Shown here one piece after another: positions 47,602 through 58,539 of a stretch of DNA of 64,000 nucleotides (positions are counted from its first letter, which is position 1; the number at the start of each line of letters is the position of its first letter). The stretch comes from Bacillota bacterium (GTDB lineage: Bacteria > Bacillota > JAAYKD01). Location: contig JAAYKD010000157.1 in the NCBI GenBank assembly GCA_012522585.1, positions 20,074-84,073 on the forward strand, written 5' to 3'. The position numbers and the translations under genes are program-made. The notes beneath the pieces were generated by a model. It was given only the letters and a program-made list of their open reading frames with translations. It was not told the DNA's origin and made no database searches.

Positions 47602-49925
47602 AAATTATCAGAGCAGACCATATGGGTTTTTGCGGAGGAGTCAGGCGAGCCATCTTGATGGCGGAAGCTGAGTTGGCCAAACAAGGGGAATTAAATGTCT
47701 TAGGCTCCCTGGTGCACAATCCTCGTCTGATCGATCAATTGACTCAAAAAGGATTGAATACACTGGAATCCTTGGAAGAACTCGGGGCAGAGGAAAAAGT
47801 GATGATCAGAGCTCACGGAACCGGCCCCAGCGTCTATGCCAAACTTTCAGAAAAATCAGTGGAAATTCTCGATGCAACTTGTCCCAGTGTAAAAAAGATC
47901 TTTGCCTTAGCTGAGGATTATTCTCAAAAAGGTTATAGAATATTAATCATCGGAGAAAAAGAACACCCGGAAGTTGAGGCAATAAAAGAATGGGCGGGGG
48001 ACAGAGGAGTCATTCTTGAAACTGAAGAAGATTTAAAAAACTTGGAAAAAAACGAAAAAGTTGCCGTTATTTGTCAATCAACCCTGGCTCAAGAAGATTT
48101 TGATAGATTTCTTTCTATTATTAGAAGGATTTTTCCCGTCCATGTCGTATTTAATACTATATGTTCAGCGACCAGAGTTAGGCAGGACGCTGCAGTAGCC
48201 GTGGCCAAGCAAGTCGACCTTATGTTGGTAGTGGGCAGCCAACAAAGTGCAAACACAAGGCATCTATACGATTTGTGCATCCAGGTTAACAAAAACACAT
48301 TTTTGGTCGGTGGTGCCGCCGATTTGCAGGCTGAATGGTTTGATAGAGCGAAAGTTGTTGGGCTTACAGCCGGAGCATCCGCTCCGGACTGGATAATTAA
48401 GGAGGTAGAAAATAACGTGTTGGAAAAAGAACTCAAAGTCAACGAAACAGAAAAGGAAGAATCTGTAGAAGTTGAAGATCAAGAAGCCGCAGAAGTTGTT
48501 GCTGAAGGTGACGAAACTGTCGAAGTTGAAGCTCAAGAAGAAGTAGAAGCTGAAGCAGAAGTAGAAGAGCAAGAAGAAACAACCGAACCTGTGGAAGAAG
48601 TGGAAGAAACCACGGAAGAGCCGGCCACGGAGCCCGAAGAATTTGATATGGATTCATTCCATCTGCCCCGTTATAACCCGGGTGATATTATTCAAGCTAC
48701 GGTTGTACAGGTGGGTAACGATGAAGTTTTGGTGGATGTGGGGCAAAAGTCCGAAGGTGTCATTCCGCGCAGAGAGTTTTCCGCCGATTCATCTATTCTG
48801 CCTACCGATGTTTTAAATGTTGGAGATGTTATTACCGTAATGGTAATTCGCAGCGAAGACCAAGAAGGTCGACTGACTTTCTCCAAAAGAAGAGCAGACC
48901 AGCATCAGCATTGGATCGAATTTGGTGAATCCCTAGATAAAAACGAGATTTTAGAAGGTAAAGTTCTGGAAACTGTCAAGGGCGGATTGATTGTTGATAT
49001 CGGTGTAAGGGCATTCATGCCAGCTTCTTTGTCGGAGCTACGCTTCACCAGTGATTTGAAACATTTGGTTGGCCAGACCGTCAGGGTTCATCTGATTGAA
49101 TTGGAACCGGAAAAAAGACGAGCAATTGTCAATCGCAAGAGCGTTTTAGAAGAAGAAGCTAAAGAAAAAAGAGAAGCTTTTTGGGCTAATACGGTTGAAG
49201 GCGATGTTGTCCATGGTATCGTTCGTCGCATCACAAAATTCGGTGCTTTTGTCGATTTAGGCGGAGTTGATGGTTTGCTTCATATTTCCGATTTGGAGTA
49301 TTTCCGGGTCAACGATCCCTCTGATGTAGTCAGCATTGACGAAGAGCTGGATTTAAAAGTTTTAAAACTCGATCCCGAATCAGGGCGTATTTCCTTAGGT
49401 TTGAAACAAATGAAAATGGAACCATGGGAAGCTTTTGCTCAGGATCACGCAGCCGATGAAGAAATTCAAGGAACTGTAGTCAGAATTACTCCTTGGGGAG
49501 CATTTGTCAATGTTCGTCCGGGTATTGATGGTCTGATTCATATTTCCGAGTTGACCGACTATCGAGTCGAAAAAGTCGAAGATGTAGTCAATGTAGGTCA
49601 AGAAGTGACTGCGAAAATTTTAGACATTGACCTGGTTAGAAAACGTTTGAGCTTATCTTTGCGCGCTATGCTCTATACAGAAGAGTATGAAGATGACTAC
49701 GAAGATGAGTATGAAGACGATTATGAAGAAGAATACGAAGAAGAGTATGATGAAAATGTTCAGGTAGCCTATGATGACGGTGGCGGAACAGGGCTCTTGG
49801 AAGAAGTAGCTGGATTAGAGCAATTAGCCGAATCATTGGAAGCTGCAGCTTCTGAAGAAGCCGAAGAAGTGGAAGAATCAGAAGAAACCGAAGTAGAGCC
49901 TGAAGAAGATCCTGAACTGAATTAA
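47598..49925 (+). CDS. ispH-rpsA: Bifunctional IspH (HMBPP reductase, LytB) fused to ribosomal protein S1 (four S1 domains), with polyacidic linker and tail
   Basis: N-terminal ~280 aa are IspH (Fe-S Cys in HMGFCGGV, ATCPSV, NTICSAT). Four S1 repeats follow. The linker and C-terminal tail are strongly acidic, rich in glutamate and aspartate. Confidence 0.85.
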   Translation: MKIIRADHMGFCGGVRRAILMAEAELAKQGELNVLGSLVHNPRLIDQLTQKGLNTLESLEELGAEEKVMIRAHGTGPSVYAKLSEKSVEILDATCPSVKKIFALAEDYSQKGYRILIIGEKEHPEVEAIKEWAGDRGVILETEEDLKNLEKNEKVAVICQSTLAQEDFDRFLSIIRRIFPVHVVFNTICSATRVRQDAAVAVAKQVDLMLVVGSQQSANTRHLYDLCIQVNKNTFLVGGAADLQAEWFDRAKVVGLTAGASAPDWIIKEVENNVLEKELKVNETEKEESVEVEDQEAAEVVAEGDETVEVEAQEEVEAEAEVEEQEETTEPVEEVEETTEEPATEPEEFDMDSFHLPRYNPGDIIQATVVQVGNDEVLVDVGQKSEGVIPRREFSADSSILPTDVLNVGDVITVMVIRSEDQEGRLTFSKRRADQHQHWIEFGESLDKNEILEGKVLETVKGGLIVDIGVRAFMPASLSELRFTSDLKHLVGQTVRVHLIELEPEKRRAIVNRKSVLEEEAKEKREAFWANTVEGDVVHGIVRRITKFGAFVDLGGVDGLLHISDLEYFRVNDPSDVVSIDEELDLKVLKLDPESGRISLGLKQMKMEPWEAFAQDHAADEEIQGTVVRITPWGAFVNVRPGIDGLIHISELTDYRVEKVEDVVNVGQEVTAKILDIDLVRKRLSLSLRAMLYTEEYEDDYEDEYEDDYEEEYEEEYDENVQVAYDDGGGTGLLEEVAGLEQLAESLEAAASEEAEEVEESEETEVEPEEDPELN

Positions 49926-49946
49926 TCTAGACAAACTTAAAAATCT

Positions 49947-49980
49947 TTTAGGCTGCGGCTTCAAGGCTGCAGCCTAAAAA
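49947..49980. promoter_or_regulatory. Inverted repeat (ttttaggctgc...gcagcctaaaa), possibly a factor-independent terminator
   Basis: 11-bp stem. It is flanked by a T-run upstream and an A-run downstream, which is atypical for a plus-strand terminator. Confidence 0.35.
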
Positions 49981-50049
49981 AATGCTCAAAATTTCCCTTT
50001 GAAATATTTTTGTGGTAGACTCAAGGTGGATCAAAAAGGAGTGAGTTAT

Positions 50050-51369
50050 TTGGAAGCAATCATTGCCATCGTGGGCCGGCCTAATGTAGGCAAGTCTACA
50101 CTTTTTAATCGTTTGATCGGACAGCGTTTAGCCATCGTCGAGGATGTACCTGGGATAACCCGTGACCGCCTCTATGGCACTGCCGAATGGACCGGTCGTC
50201 ATTTTACCGTAATCGATACCGGTGGTATTGAAATAGAGGGAAGCAACGATGTTTCTTTGGAAACAAAAAAACAAGCAGAAATCGCTATTGCTGAGGCCGA
50301 CCTGATCGTCTTTTTAGCAGATGGCAAGGAAGGCTTGCAGAGAGACGATTTGGAAATAGCCGACTATTTGAGGCGTTCCAAAAAGCCGATTGTTTTAGCG
50401 ATCAATAAAATAGATAATTTGCAAATGGTTCAAAACATTTATGATTTTTATGAATTGGGTTTAGGTGATCCAATAGAAATTTCAGCAATTAACGGACTCA
50501 ACATTGGCGACCTGCTCGATCTTATTGTGGATCAATTGCCTGTCGACTTAGAGGAACCGGAAGAAGACGATAGCATCAAGATTTCCTTTATCGGTCGACC
50601 CAATGTGGGTAAATCCTCTTTGATCAACGCTATCCTGGGTGAACAACGGGTCATAGTCAATGAACAGCCGGGAACTACCAGAGACGCTATTGATTCGCCT
50701 TTTTCTTGGGAAGGAACCTATTATACCTTGATCGATACAGCCGGGATGAGGCGGAAGAGTAAAATCTACGAAAACGTGGAAAGATTTAGTGTGATCCGGG
50801 CTTTAAGAGCAGTTGACCGTTCCGATATTGTCATGATGGTCATCGATGCCACCGAAGGAGTTACCGAGCAAGACCAGCGAATAGTCGGTTATGCTCACGA
50901 AAAGGGCCGAGGAATTATTTTAGTCGTCAACAAATGGGATTTAATCGAAAAGGACTCCAAGACTGCGGATAAAATGGCGGAACAAATCAGGGATGCTTTG
51001 GTTTTCGTCGCCTATGCCCCCATTGTTTTCGTTTCGGCTCTGACCAAACAGCGGATTCCCCGACTCTTAGAACTGGTAAATTTCGTCAGCGAACAGCAGA
51101 ATATGCGTTTGATGACCAGCGATATCAACGATCTTTTACAGGATATCCTGCGCTTCAATCCACCACCCAGTGTTGGTGGTCGAAGGTTGCGAATTTACTA
51201 CGTCAGCCAAGTCGCGGTTAAACCTCCGGTTTTCGTCTTTTTTGTCAACAATCCTGAATTGGCTCATTTTTCTTATATCAGACATTTAGAAAATCAGATT
51301 CGTCAAAACTACGGTTTTGAAGGGACTCCAATCAGGCTGAGCTTAAGAGGAAGGGATCGAAGCAAATGA
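50050..51369 (+). CDS. der: Ribosome-biogenesis GTPase Der (EngA), tandem GTPase domains plus KH
   Basis: Two G1 motifs (GRPNVGKST, both copies). AAAGGAG RBS before TTG 50050; the track ORF starts at 49999. Confidence 0.9.
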   Translation: MEAIIAIVGRPNVGKSTLFNRLIGQRLAIVEDVPGITRDRLYGTAEWTGRHFTVIDTGGIEIEGSNDVSLETKKQAEIAIAEADLIVFLADGKEGLQRDDLEIADYLRRSKKPIVLAINKIDNLQMVQNIYDFYELGLGDPIEISAINGLNIGDLLDLIVDQLPVDLEEPEEDDSIKISFIGRPNVGKSSLINAILGEQRVIVNEQPGTTRDAIDSPFSWEGTYYTLIDTAGMRRKSKIYENVERFSVIRALRAVDRSDIVMMVIDATEGVTEQDQRIVGYAHEKGRGIILVVNKWDLIEKDSKTADKMAEQIRDALVFVAYAPIVFVSALTKQRIPRLLELVNFVSEQQNMRLMTSDINDLLQDILRFNPPPSVGGRRLRIYYVSQVAVKPPVFVFFVNNPELAHFSYIRHLENQIRQNYGFEGTPIRLSLRGRDRSK

Positions 51370-52394
51370 AAAAAATAGCACTTTTAGGAGCTGGTGCCTG
51401 GGGCACGGTGATTTCAAAAATGCTGGCAGAAAATGGACATTCGGTCAACCTTTGGAGCTATGAAGAAGAAGTAGCCGTTTCGATCAATGAAAACAGGATC
51501 AATCATAAGTTTTTGCCCGAGGTGCTTTTGCCGCCGGGAATAACTGCCTTTAGCTCATTGGACCAAGTTGTTCAAGATGCGGAGGCGGTGGTCAATGTGG
51601 TCATTGCCAAGGGTTTGCGGGATGTTCTGGAAAAACTACCTGCCTCAACTTTTGACCTGCCCTGGCTTTCCGCTACCAAAGGCCTGGAGCCTGAAACAGG
51701 ACAGCGCATCTCGGAAATAATTTTGAATTCTCAAAGAGCCGAGCAATCGAAATTGGCAATACTTTCCGGCCCGAATTTGGCCAGCGAAATAGCCAGAAAA
51801 TCACCCGCTTCAGCCGTCATCGGTTCTGAATCAAAGAGCACGGCTATATATTTTCAAGAATTATTGATGCGCCCTTATTTTCGCCTTTATAGCAGTGCCG
51901 ACCCTTTAGGGGTTGAGCTGGGAGGAGCTTTGAAGAACATCATTGCCTTGGCGGCCGGTATTTGCGATGGCTTGAAGATAGGCGACAATGGCAAAGCTGC
52001 CTTGATTTCCAGAGGCTTAGCAGAAATAGTCAGATTGGCCCAAGCTTTAGGAGCCGAGAAGGAAACCCTTTTTGGTCTTTCCGGCTTGGGAGATTTAGTT
52101 GCCACCTGTGCCAGTCCACTGAGCCGCAACCGTTGGTGCGGTGAAGAATTGGGCAAGGGCAGAAAAATAGATGAGATTATCGCTTCCACAAATTCTGTGG
52201 TGGAAGGAGTTCGAACTACCCAAGCTGTGGTTGAGCTGGCTCAAAAGTATGATTTGGATATGCCCATTACCCAGGCAGTTTACGATATTGTCTTCATGGA
52301 TCAAGACCCGGCAGCTCAAGTGGAGACTTTGATGAATCGCATGGCTAAAGCCGAAAATGCCTCCTTATCTGAGAGCAGATGGAAGCATTTCTAA
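51366..52394 (+). CDS. gpsA: NAD(P)H-dependent glycerol-3-phosphate dehydrogenase
   Basis: GAGAWGT NAD-binding motif. Conserved der-gpsA synteny. Confidence 0.9.
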   Translation: MKKIALLGAGAWGTVISKMLAENGHSVNLWSYEEEVAVSINENRINHKFLPEVLLPPGITAFSSLDQVVQDAEAVVNVVIAKGLRDVLEKLPASTFDLPWLSATKGLEPETGQRISEIILNSQRAEQSKLAILSGPNLASEIARKSPASAVIGSESKSTAIYFQELLMRPYFRLYSSADPLGVELGGALKNIIALAAGICDGLKIGDNGKAALISRGLAEIVRLAQALGAEKETLFGLSGLGDLVATCASPLSRNRWCGEELGKGRKIDEIIASTNSVVEGVRTTQAVVELAQKYDLDMPITQAVYDIVFMDQDPAAQVETLMNRMAKAENASLSESRWKHF

Positions 52395-52412
52395 ATATAT
52401 CCTAATCTAAGG

Positions 52413-52690
52413 TTGACAAAGAGAATCAACTAGACTTATAATGGTGGAAATCAAAAACAGTGCAATGATAAAGAAAAACTTCAAGTGAAAAGCTTTGCAG
52501 AGAGGGTTTGTTGGTGGAAAAACTCAAGTTGAGCTTGAAGAGGCCGCTTTTGAGCATTTTGTGTTCAAACACAAACGGAAGCACTCCGATATCAGCAGAA
52601 TGAGATCGAAATTTTCATTTCGATGAATCAGGGTGGTACCACGAATATTTCGTCCCTGAGCCAAAGGGCTCGGGGATTTTTTTATTATGG
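52413..52690 (+). promoter_or_regulatory. Promoter (TTGACA-17 nt-TATAAT) plus a T-box riboswitch leader for alaS, with a probable GCC/GCU specifier
   Basis: T-box aatcAGGGTGGTACCACG at 52626-52643. Terminator ccctgagcc-aaag-ggctcgggg followed by attttttt. Confidence 0.85.
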
Positions 52691-52701
52691 AGGTTTGAAA
52701 A

Positions 52702-55323
52702 ATGAGAAATATGAGCGGAAATGAAATTCGCCAGGAATTCCTAGATTTTTTTGAGAAAAAAGGTCATCTGATTATGCCCAGCGCATCCTTAGTGCCTCAA
52801 AATGACCCCAGCTTGCTCCTCGTCGGAGCAGGCATGGCACCCTTCAAGGCATATTTTACCGGCACGGCTCAGCCTCCGGCTAAAAGAATTGCCACCTCGC
52901 AAAAATGTATTCGCACTCCGGACATTGAAAGGGTAGGAAAAACAGCCCGCCACGCTACCTTCTTTGAAATGTTAGGCAATTTTTCCTTTGGCGATTATTT
53001 TAAAAAGGACGCTATTTTTTGGGCTTGGGAATTTCTGACTGATGTCATTGAAATGGACCCTCAGCGCCTCTATATTACTGTCCATCAAGATGATCAAGAA
53101 GCCTATGACATCTGGCATCAGGAAGTGGGCATACCGGCTGAACGCATTTATTTAGGCGATGATGAAGAAAACTTCTGGGAGATTGGAGTGGGTCCTAGCG
53201 GCCCTTGCTCGGAAATCTTTTATGATCAAGGGGAGGAGTATTCCTGTGGCGATACCTGTCAAATGGGTTGTGATTGTGATCGTTATCTGGAAGTTTGGAA
53301 TCTAGTCTTTACCCAATACGATAAGGATGAGGATGGAAATTATAACCCCCTGGAGCGCAAGAGCATCGATACGGGCATGGGCTTAGATCGCTTAGCTGCA
53401 GTTGTTCAGGGGAAATCCTCCATTTTTGAAATAGATTTAAATTACCCGATGCTTGAGCGCTTAATTGAGTTGAGCAAGATTGACTACGATGGTCAATCGA
53501 AAGAGAGTTTAGCCGCTCGAGTTATCATCGACCATATCAAAGGAGTAACCTTCTTGATCGCTGACGGTGTGCTGCCGGCTAATGAGGGCAGAGGATATGT
53601 CCTGCGCCGTCTCTTGAGAAGAGCTATCCGCAATGGCCGTCTGATTGGTCTGAACCAGCCCTTCACTCAGGAAATTGCCAAAGAAGTTATTAAGTCCTTT
53701 AGCGTTGGTTATCCTGATCTATTGGAAAAAGAGGAATTCATCCTGCAGCTCTTGGCTTTAGAGGAAAAACGCTTCAACGAAACATTGGAGGCCGGTTTGA
53801 ATCTAGTCCAGCAATTTTTAACTAAAATGTGGGAGCAAAAAGAAAAGACTTTAGCAGGTGAAGCTGCTTTCAGGCTCCATGATACCTTTGGTTTTCCCTT
53901 GGAATTGACCCAGGAAATTTTAGCCGAATCAGGTTTTTCCCTGGACATTGAAGGATTCAAAAAAGAGATGGAAAAACAGAGGCAAAGAGCCCGAGCCGCA
54001 CGCAGTCAGGTGGATGCCATGGGCAGCCAGCGTTTGGATACCAGCGGTGTTTTAAGCCTGTTCAGAGGCTATGAGGTCCTGGAAGAAAGCTGTCGAGTTG
54101 AAGCTATCTATCTCCAAGGAGAAAAAGTAGATGAAGCCAAAGCAACTCAGCAGGTTAAATTAGTTTTAAACCCCAATCCTTTTTATGGAGAGAGCGGTGG
54201 TCAGGTGGGGGATATTGGTTCTCTGCTCAAAAATGATCTGGAGTCCTTTGTTTCTGATACGGAAAGCATCGATGAAGTTCAAGTTTTACAGGTGGAATTA
54301 GCCTTCGACCTTGTTGTCGGAGAGGAAATAATTGCTAAGGTTGATGCTCAAAGAAGAGCAGCCATCGCAAGACACCACTCAGCCACCCATCTTTTGCACA
54401 AAGCCCTCAGCCTTATCTTAGGAGACCATGTTCATCAAGCAGGTTCCTGGGTTGGCCCGGATCGCCTGCGCTTTGACTTCAGCCACTTTAATTCGATTAG
54501 TGCTGAAGAGTTGAAACAAATCGAAGACCTAGTCAACAGATGGATCATGGAAAATCACCCGGTCTTAGCTGAAGAAATGACCTTGGATCAAGCTAAGGAA
54601 CAGCATGTGACTGCTCTCTTTGGTGAAAAATATAGTGATATAGTCAGAGTTGTAAAAATGGGGGAATCCCAAGAATTGTGCGGAGGCACTCATGTCAGAG
54701 CGACCGGAGAAATAGGACCCTTTAAAATTCTTTCCGAAGCCAGTATAGGTTCAGGAGTAAGACGGATCGAAGCCTTGGCTGGTTTTCAAACCTTGGATTA
54801 TTATGCCGGCAAAGAAGAGCTCTTGCTGGAGATTTCTGCTTTGACCAAGAGCAAAGAAGAGGATATTATCAGACGCATTCAGTCTTTGCAGGAACAAGTC
54901 AAAGAGCAGGAAAGACAATTAGCCAGTCTGAGCGCTCAAAACACTATGAGTCAAATCGATAATCTGATCAGTCAAAAGATCAAAATCAACGGGGTGGATG
55001 TTCTGGCCCTTGAAATTGAGGCGGATAAAACTGATGATTTGCGCCATATGGCCGATCTTCTCAGGGATAAAATGGGCAGTGGCATTGTCGTCTTGGGTTC
55101 CAACATCGAAGGCAAAGCCAGCCTCTTGGCAGCTGCGACCAAGGATCTGAAAGATCTGTTCCATGCAGGAAATCTGATCAGAGAAGCCGCTAAACTGGTC
55201 GGTGGCGGAGGAGGCGGACGTCCCGACTTAGCTCAAGCCGGAGGCCCCAGCCCAGAAAAATTAAAAGCAGCTCTGCCTCAAATAATCGAAATGATCAAAG
55301 AACAAATGAAAGAAAAGAATTGA
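52702..55323 (+). CDS. alaS: Alanyl-tRNA synthetase
   Basis: 873 aa with the class II catalytic core, the editing domain HxxxH...CxxxH (HSATHLLH...CGGTH), and a C-terminal DHHA1 domain with GGGGG. Confidence 0.95.
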   Translation: MRNMSGNEIRQEFLDFFEKKGHLIMPSASLVPQNDPSLLLVGAGMAPFKAYFTGTAQPPAKRIATSQKCIRTPDIERVGKTARHATFFEMLGNFSFGDYFKKDAIFWAWEFLTDVIEMDPQRLYITVHQDDQEAYDIWHQEVGIPAERIYLGDDEENFWEIGVGPSGPCSEIFYDQGEEYSCGDTCQMGCDCDRYLEVWNLVFTQYDKDEDGNYNPLERKSIDTGMGLDRLAAVVQGKSSIFEIDLNYPMLERLIELSKIDYDGQSKESLAARVIIDHIKGVTFLIADGVLPANEGRGYVLRRLLRRAIRNGRLIGLNQPFTQEIAKEVIKSFSVGYPDLLEKEEFILQLLALEEKRFNETLEAGLNLVQQFLTKMWEQKEKTLAGEAAFRLHDTFGFPLELTQEILAESGFSLDIEGFKKEMEKQRQRARAARSQVDAMGSQRLDTSGVLSLFRGYEVLEESCRVEAIYLQGEKVDEAKATQQVKLVLNPNPFYGESGGQVGDIGSLLKNDLESFVSDTESIDEVQVLQVELAFDLVVGEEIIAKVDAQRRAAIARHHSATHLLHKALSLILGDHVHQAGSWVGPDRLRFDFSHFNSISAEELKQIEDLVNRWIMENHPVLAEEMTLDQAKEQHVTALFGEKYSDIVRVVKMGESQELCGGTHVRATGEIGPFKILSEASIGSGVRRIEALAGFQTLDYYAGKEELLLEISALTKSKEEDIIRRIQSLQEQVKEQERQLASLSAQNTMSQIDNLISQKIKINGVDVLALEIEADKTDDLRHMADLLRDKMGSGIVVLGSNIEGKASLLAAATKDLKDLFHAGNLIREAAKLVGGGGGGRPDLAQAGGPSPEKLKAALPQIIEMIKEQMKEKN

Positions 55324-55339
55324 AATTAAGGAGCTACAG

Positions 55340-55804
55340 ATGTCGATCAATATAGTCTTGTTCGAACCGGAAATACCTCCCAACACGGGTAATGTTTCCA
55401 GACTCTGTGCTGCCAGCAACACAGTTTTGCACTTGATCGAGCCTTTGGGTTTTTCTCTTGCAGATAAATATTTAAAAAGAGCCGGTTTAGATTATTGGCA
55501 GTTTTTAAAATTGGAAGTCCATCCCGATTGGTCAAGCTTTTGCTACAAGTATGGTCAAGCTCGCCATTTTTTCGCAACCACCAAAGGACATAAAAATTAT
55601 GCTGAAATAGATTTTCAAGAAGGTGATTTTATCATCTTTGGGCCTGAAACTAGAGGACTCCCTCAGAGCATTTTAGATTTGAATCGGGAAAACAATATAC
55701 GCATTCCCATTCTGTCTGAAACCAGATCCTTAAACCTATCCAGTTCTGTGGCGATTGTCCTCTATGAGGCTTTGCGTCAATTGAATTTTCCCCATTTGAA
55801 CTGA
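55340..55804 (+). CDS. trmL: tRNA (cytidine/uridine34-2'-O)-methyltransferase TrmL (SPOUT family)
   Basis: 154-aa SPOUT fold with an N-terminus typical of TrmL/YibK (IVLFEPEIPPNTGNVSRLCAA). Confidence 0.8.
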   Translation: MSINIVLFEPEIPPNTGNVSRLCAASNTVLHLIEPLGFSLADKYLKRAGLDYWQFLKLEVHPDWSSFCYKYGQARHFFATTKGHKNYAEIDFQEGDFIIFGPETRGLPQSILDLNRENNIRIPILSETRSLNLSSSVAIVLYEALRQLNFPHLN

Positions 55805-55927
55805 GTTTAAAAATCAAATCGGGGTCTAACTACCAATCGCCAATAAAAAACCTGTGTTCATAGATGATTGGACCAAAGTTGAAGAAGAAAGGAGTGTATG
55901 GTGTTTTAAATATCATACAAGAGTGAG

Positions 55928-56926
55928 ATGATAAAAAAGAAACGTATTTTAACCGGTGATCGGCCTACCGGTAAATTGCATTTAGGTCACTATGTAGGCT
56001 CCTTAGCCAATCGGGTGGCCTTACAAGAGGATTACGACGCCTTTGTAATCGTAGCAGATGTCCAGGCTCTGACCACTGATTGGGAATACCCTGAGCAGTT
56101 GGCTGAGTCGGTCAGACAGGTTACTGAAGATTATTTGGCTGTGGGCATTGACCCTGAGCAAACCACTATCTTTGTTCAATCTTTGGTGCCGCAAATAGCT
56201 GAGCTGACAGTCTTCTATTCAAATTTTGTTTCTGTCAATGTCTTACGTCATAACCCCACAATAAAAACAGAAGCAGAGCAAAGAGGGTATTCTGATATGA
56301 CCTATGGTTTTTTAGGCTATCCCATTTCTCAAGCTGCTGATATAACATTTTGTAAAGCGGATTTGGTTCCGGTGGGTCAGGACCAAGTGCCTCATATAGA
56401 GTTTACCCGCAGAATTGCTCGCCGCTTCAACGAGCTCTATGGCCCGGTTTTAGTAGTGCCTGAGGTCTTAGTAGGTGAGGTGGGCCGTTTAGTCGGTTTA
56501 GACGGCAAGGCTAAGATGTCAAAAAGCCTAAATAATGCCATTTACTTGTCTGACTCGCCACAAGAAGTTGAAGCCAAAGTCAGAAAGGCTGTGACTGATC
56601 CAGCCCGTATTCGAGCCACCGATCCGGGGCATCCGGAGGTTTGCACCGTCTTCGCCTATCATCAAATCTTCAATAAGGAAGAATCTGAAGATATCGCTGA
56701 GCGCTGTCGAGCAGGCACAATTAGCTGTGTGGCTTGCAAGAAAAGATTGACCGAAAAGCTCAATCAACTCTTGGAGCCCATGCACGAAAGGCGCCTTGCC
56801 TATCAGAACAACCCTAAAATTATCGATGAAATACTCTTAGCTGGAACGGATCGGGCTCAAAAAATTGCGGAAGAGACGATGAAAGAGGTTCGCCAGGCTA
56901 TGAAAATCAATTATTTTTCCCAATAG
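55928..56926 (+). CDS. trpS: Tryptophanyl-tRNA synthetase
   Basis: HIGH motif (GKLHLGHY) and KMSKS. Confidence 0.95.
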   Translation: MIKKKRILTGDRPTGKLHLGHYVGSLANRVALQEDYDAFVIVADVQALTTDWEYPEQLAESVRQVTEDYLAVGIDPEQTTIFVQSLVPQIAELTVFYSNFVSVNVLRHNPTIKTEAEQRGYSDMTYGFLGYPISQAADITFCKADLVPVGQDQVPHIEFTRRIARRFNELYGPVLVVPEVLVGEVGRLVGLDGKAKMSKSLNNAIYLSDSPQEVEAKVRKAVTDPARIRATDPGHPEVCTVFAYHQIFNKEESEDIAERCRAGTISCVACKKRLTEKLNQLLEPMHERRLAYQNNPKIIDEILLAGTDRAQKIAEETMKEVRQAMKINYFSQ

Positions 56927-56947
56927 CCCTTGAAGGAGGATTCTAAA

Positions 56948-58348
56948 ATGAGTAAAATTACCATGGAAAAACTAGTCGGCTTATGCAAAACCAGGGGATT
57001 TGTCTATCCGGGTTCGGATATTTATGGAGGCCTGGCCAATTCCTGGGATTACGGTCCTTTAGGAGTGGAATTAAAAAACAATATTAAGAAAATTTGGTGG
57101 AACAAATTTATTCGAGAGACTCCTTCTAATGTTGGCATGGATTCCGGGATTTTGATGAACCCTGAAACTTGGGTCGCTTCCGGTCACGTCGGTGGTTTTA
57201 CCGATCCTTTGCTGGATTGTCGAGTTTGTAAAAGCCGTTTCAGAGCGGACAAGCTGATTGAAGAGCGCGCTCATAAGCAGGATCTGGATGTCAATGCCGA
57301 CGGATGGGATATTGAAGAGATGCAAGCCTATATCGCCAAGGAAAGAATTCTCTGCCCCAGATGTGGCTCTTTTGACTATACAGAGATCAGACATTTTAAC
57401 CTGATGTTTAAAACTCATCAGGGTGCTACTGAAGACAGCTCCGCTTTAGTCTATCTGCGACCGGAAACAGCCCAAGGCATTTTCGTCAATTTCAAGAATG
57501 TCTTGATTTCATCGCGGAGAAGACCTCCTTTTGGCATTGGTCAAATCGGTAAAGCTTTTCGCAATGAAATAACCCCCGGTAATTTTGTCTTCAGGACCAG
57601 AGAGTTTGAACAGATGGAATTGGAATTTTTCGTCAAACCCAGTGACGACGAGAATTCCGGAGATATGTACTGGTATGATTATTGGTGTCAATTTGTCTAT
57701 GACTTTTTGCTGTCCCTGGGTGTCAAAGAAGAAAATCTGCGCCGTCGCCAGCATTCTGAAGATGAGCTCTCCCATTATGCTAAAGCAACTACCGATATCG
57801 AATATCTTTTCCCCTTCGGTTGGGGTGAATTATGGGGCATTGCTCACCGCACGGATTTTGACTTGAGAGTCCATCAAGAACATGCCGGTGTTGATCTTTC
57901 CGTTTTGGATCCTCAGACCAACGAAAAATATTTACCCTATTGTATCGAACCTTCGGTCAGTGTTGAGCGCTTGGCTCTCATGTTCTTGCTGGAAGCCTAC
58001 GACGAAGAAGTCTTAGAAAACAATGAGACCAGAGCTCTTCTACGCTTCCATCCGGCATTAGCCCCCATTAAGGCTGCGATTTTACCTCTGTCGAAAAAAT
58101 TATCAGAACCAGCAAAGGAAATTTATTCCATGTTGGCTAAGAAGATGCAGGTTGAATATGACGAAGCAGGCTCGATAGGTCGACGCTATCGTCGCTGGGA
58201 TGAAGCCGGGGCCCCCTTTTGCATAACCGTAGATTTCCAAACAGCTGAAGATAATTGTGTTACAGTGCGCTATCGAGATACGATGGAACAGGATAGAATC
58301 CTCATTTCTGAGCTGACAGAGTATTTAGAAAAACAGTTAGAATTTTAA
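56948..58348 (+). CDS. glyQS: Glycyl-tRNA synthetase, alpha2 dimeric class II type
   Basis: Class II motifs, an anticodon-binding C-terminus, and a Zn-ribbon-like CRVC...CPRCG. GAAGGAGG RBS before ATG 56948; the track starts at 56930. Confidence 0.9.
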   Translation: MSKITMEKLVGLCKTRGFVYPGSDIYGGLANSWDYGPLGVELKNNIKKIWWNKFIRETPSNVGMDSGILMNPETWVASGHVGGFTDPLLDCRVCKSRFRADKLIEERAHKQDLDVNADGWDIEEMQAYIAKERILCPRCGSFDYTEIRHFNLMFKTHQGATEDSSALVYLRPETAQGIFVNFKNVLISSRRRPPFGIGQIGKAFRNEITPGNFVFRTREFEQMELEFFVKPSDDENSGDMYWYDYWCQFVYDFLLSLGVKEENLRRRQHSEDELSHYAKATTDIEYLFPFGWGELWGIAHRTDFDLRVHQEHAGVDLSVLDPQTNEKYLPYCIEPSVSVERLALMFLLEAYDEEVLENNETRALLRFHPALAPIKAAILPLSKKLSEPAKEIYSMLAKKMQVEYDEAGSIGRRYRRWDEAGAPFCITVDFQTAEDNCVTVRYRDTMEQDRILISELTEYLEKQLEF

Positions 58349-58351
58349 TTT

Positions 58352-58535
58352 TGCCTTGACAAAAATAATATAATATGTTATATTTTTCGAGTATCAAGAA
58401 GAGGCCATCCGCTTCTCACCCGCCGGTCAACCGTTCGGGTTAATATGGATTTCTCATTGTCATGGGAGAATTCTTATTGCGCGGGTAGCTTACCTGCGCT
58501 TTTTCTATGGGTGGCATAAATTATTTTTAGGAGGA
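58352..58535 (+). promoter_or_regulatory. Promoter (TTGACA-17 nt-TATAAT) plus the L20-binding autoregulatory leader and attenuator of the infC-rpmI-rplT operon
   Basis: Leader hairpin gcgcgggta-gct-tacctgcgc followed by ttttt, just upstream of the infC RBS. The position is analogous to the L20 leader in Firmicutes. Confidence 0.6.
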
Positions 58536-58539
58536 ATGG

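Noticed and set aside
48089-48886. Cluster of minus-strand ORFs (117, 102, 72 and 64 aa) inside ispH-rpsA
   Set aside because: They are antisense to the polyacidic GAA/GAG-rich linker. Their low-complexity Leu/Phe-rich translations are an artefact of the repeat composition, and they lie fully within a well-supported plus-strand gene.
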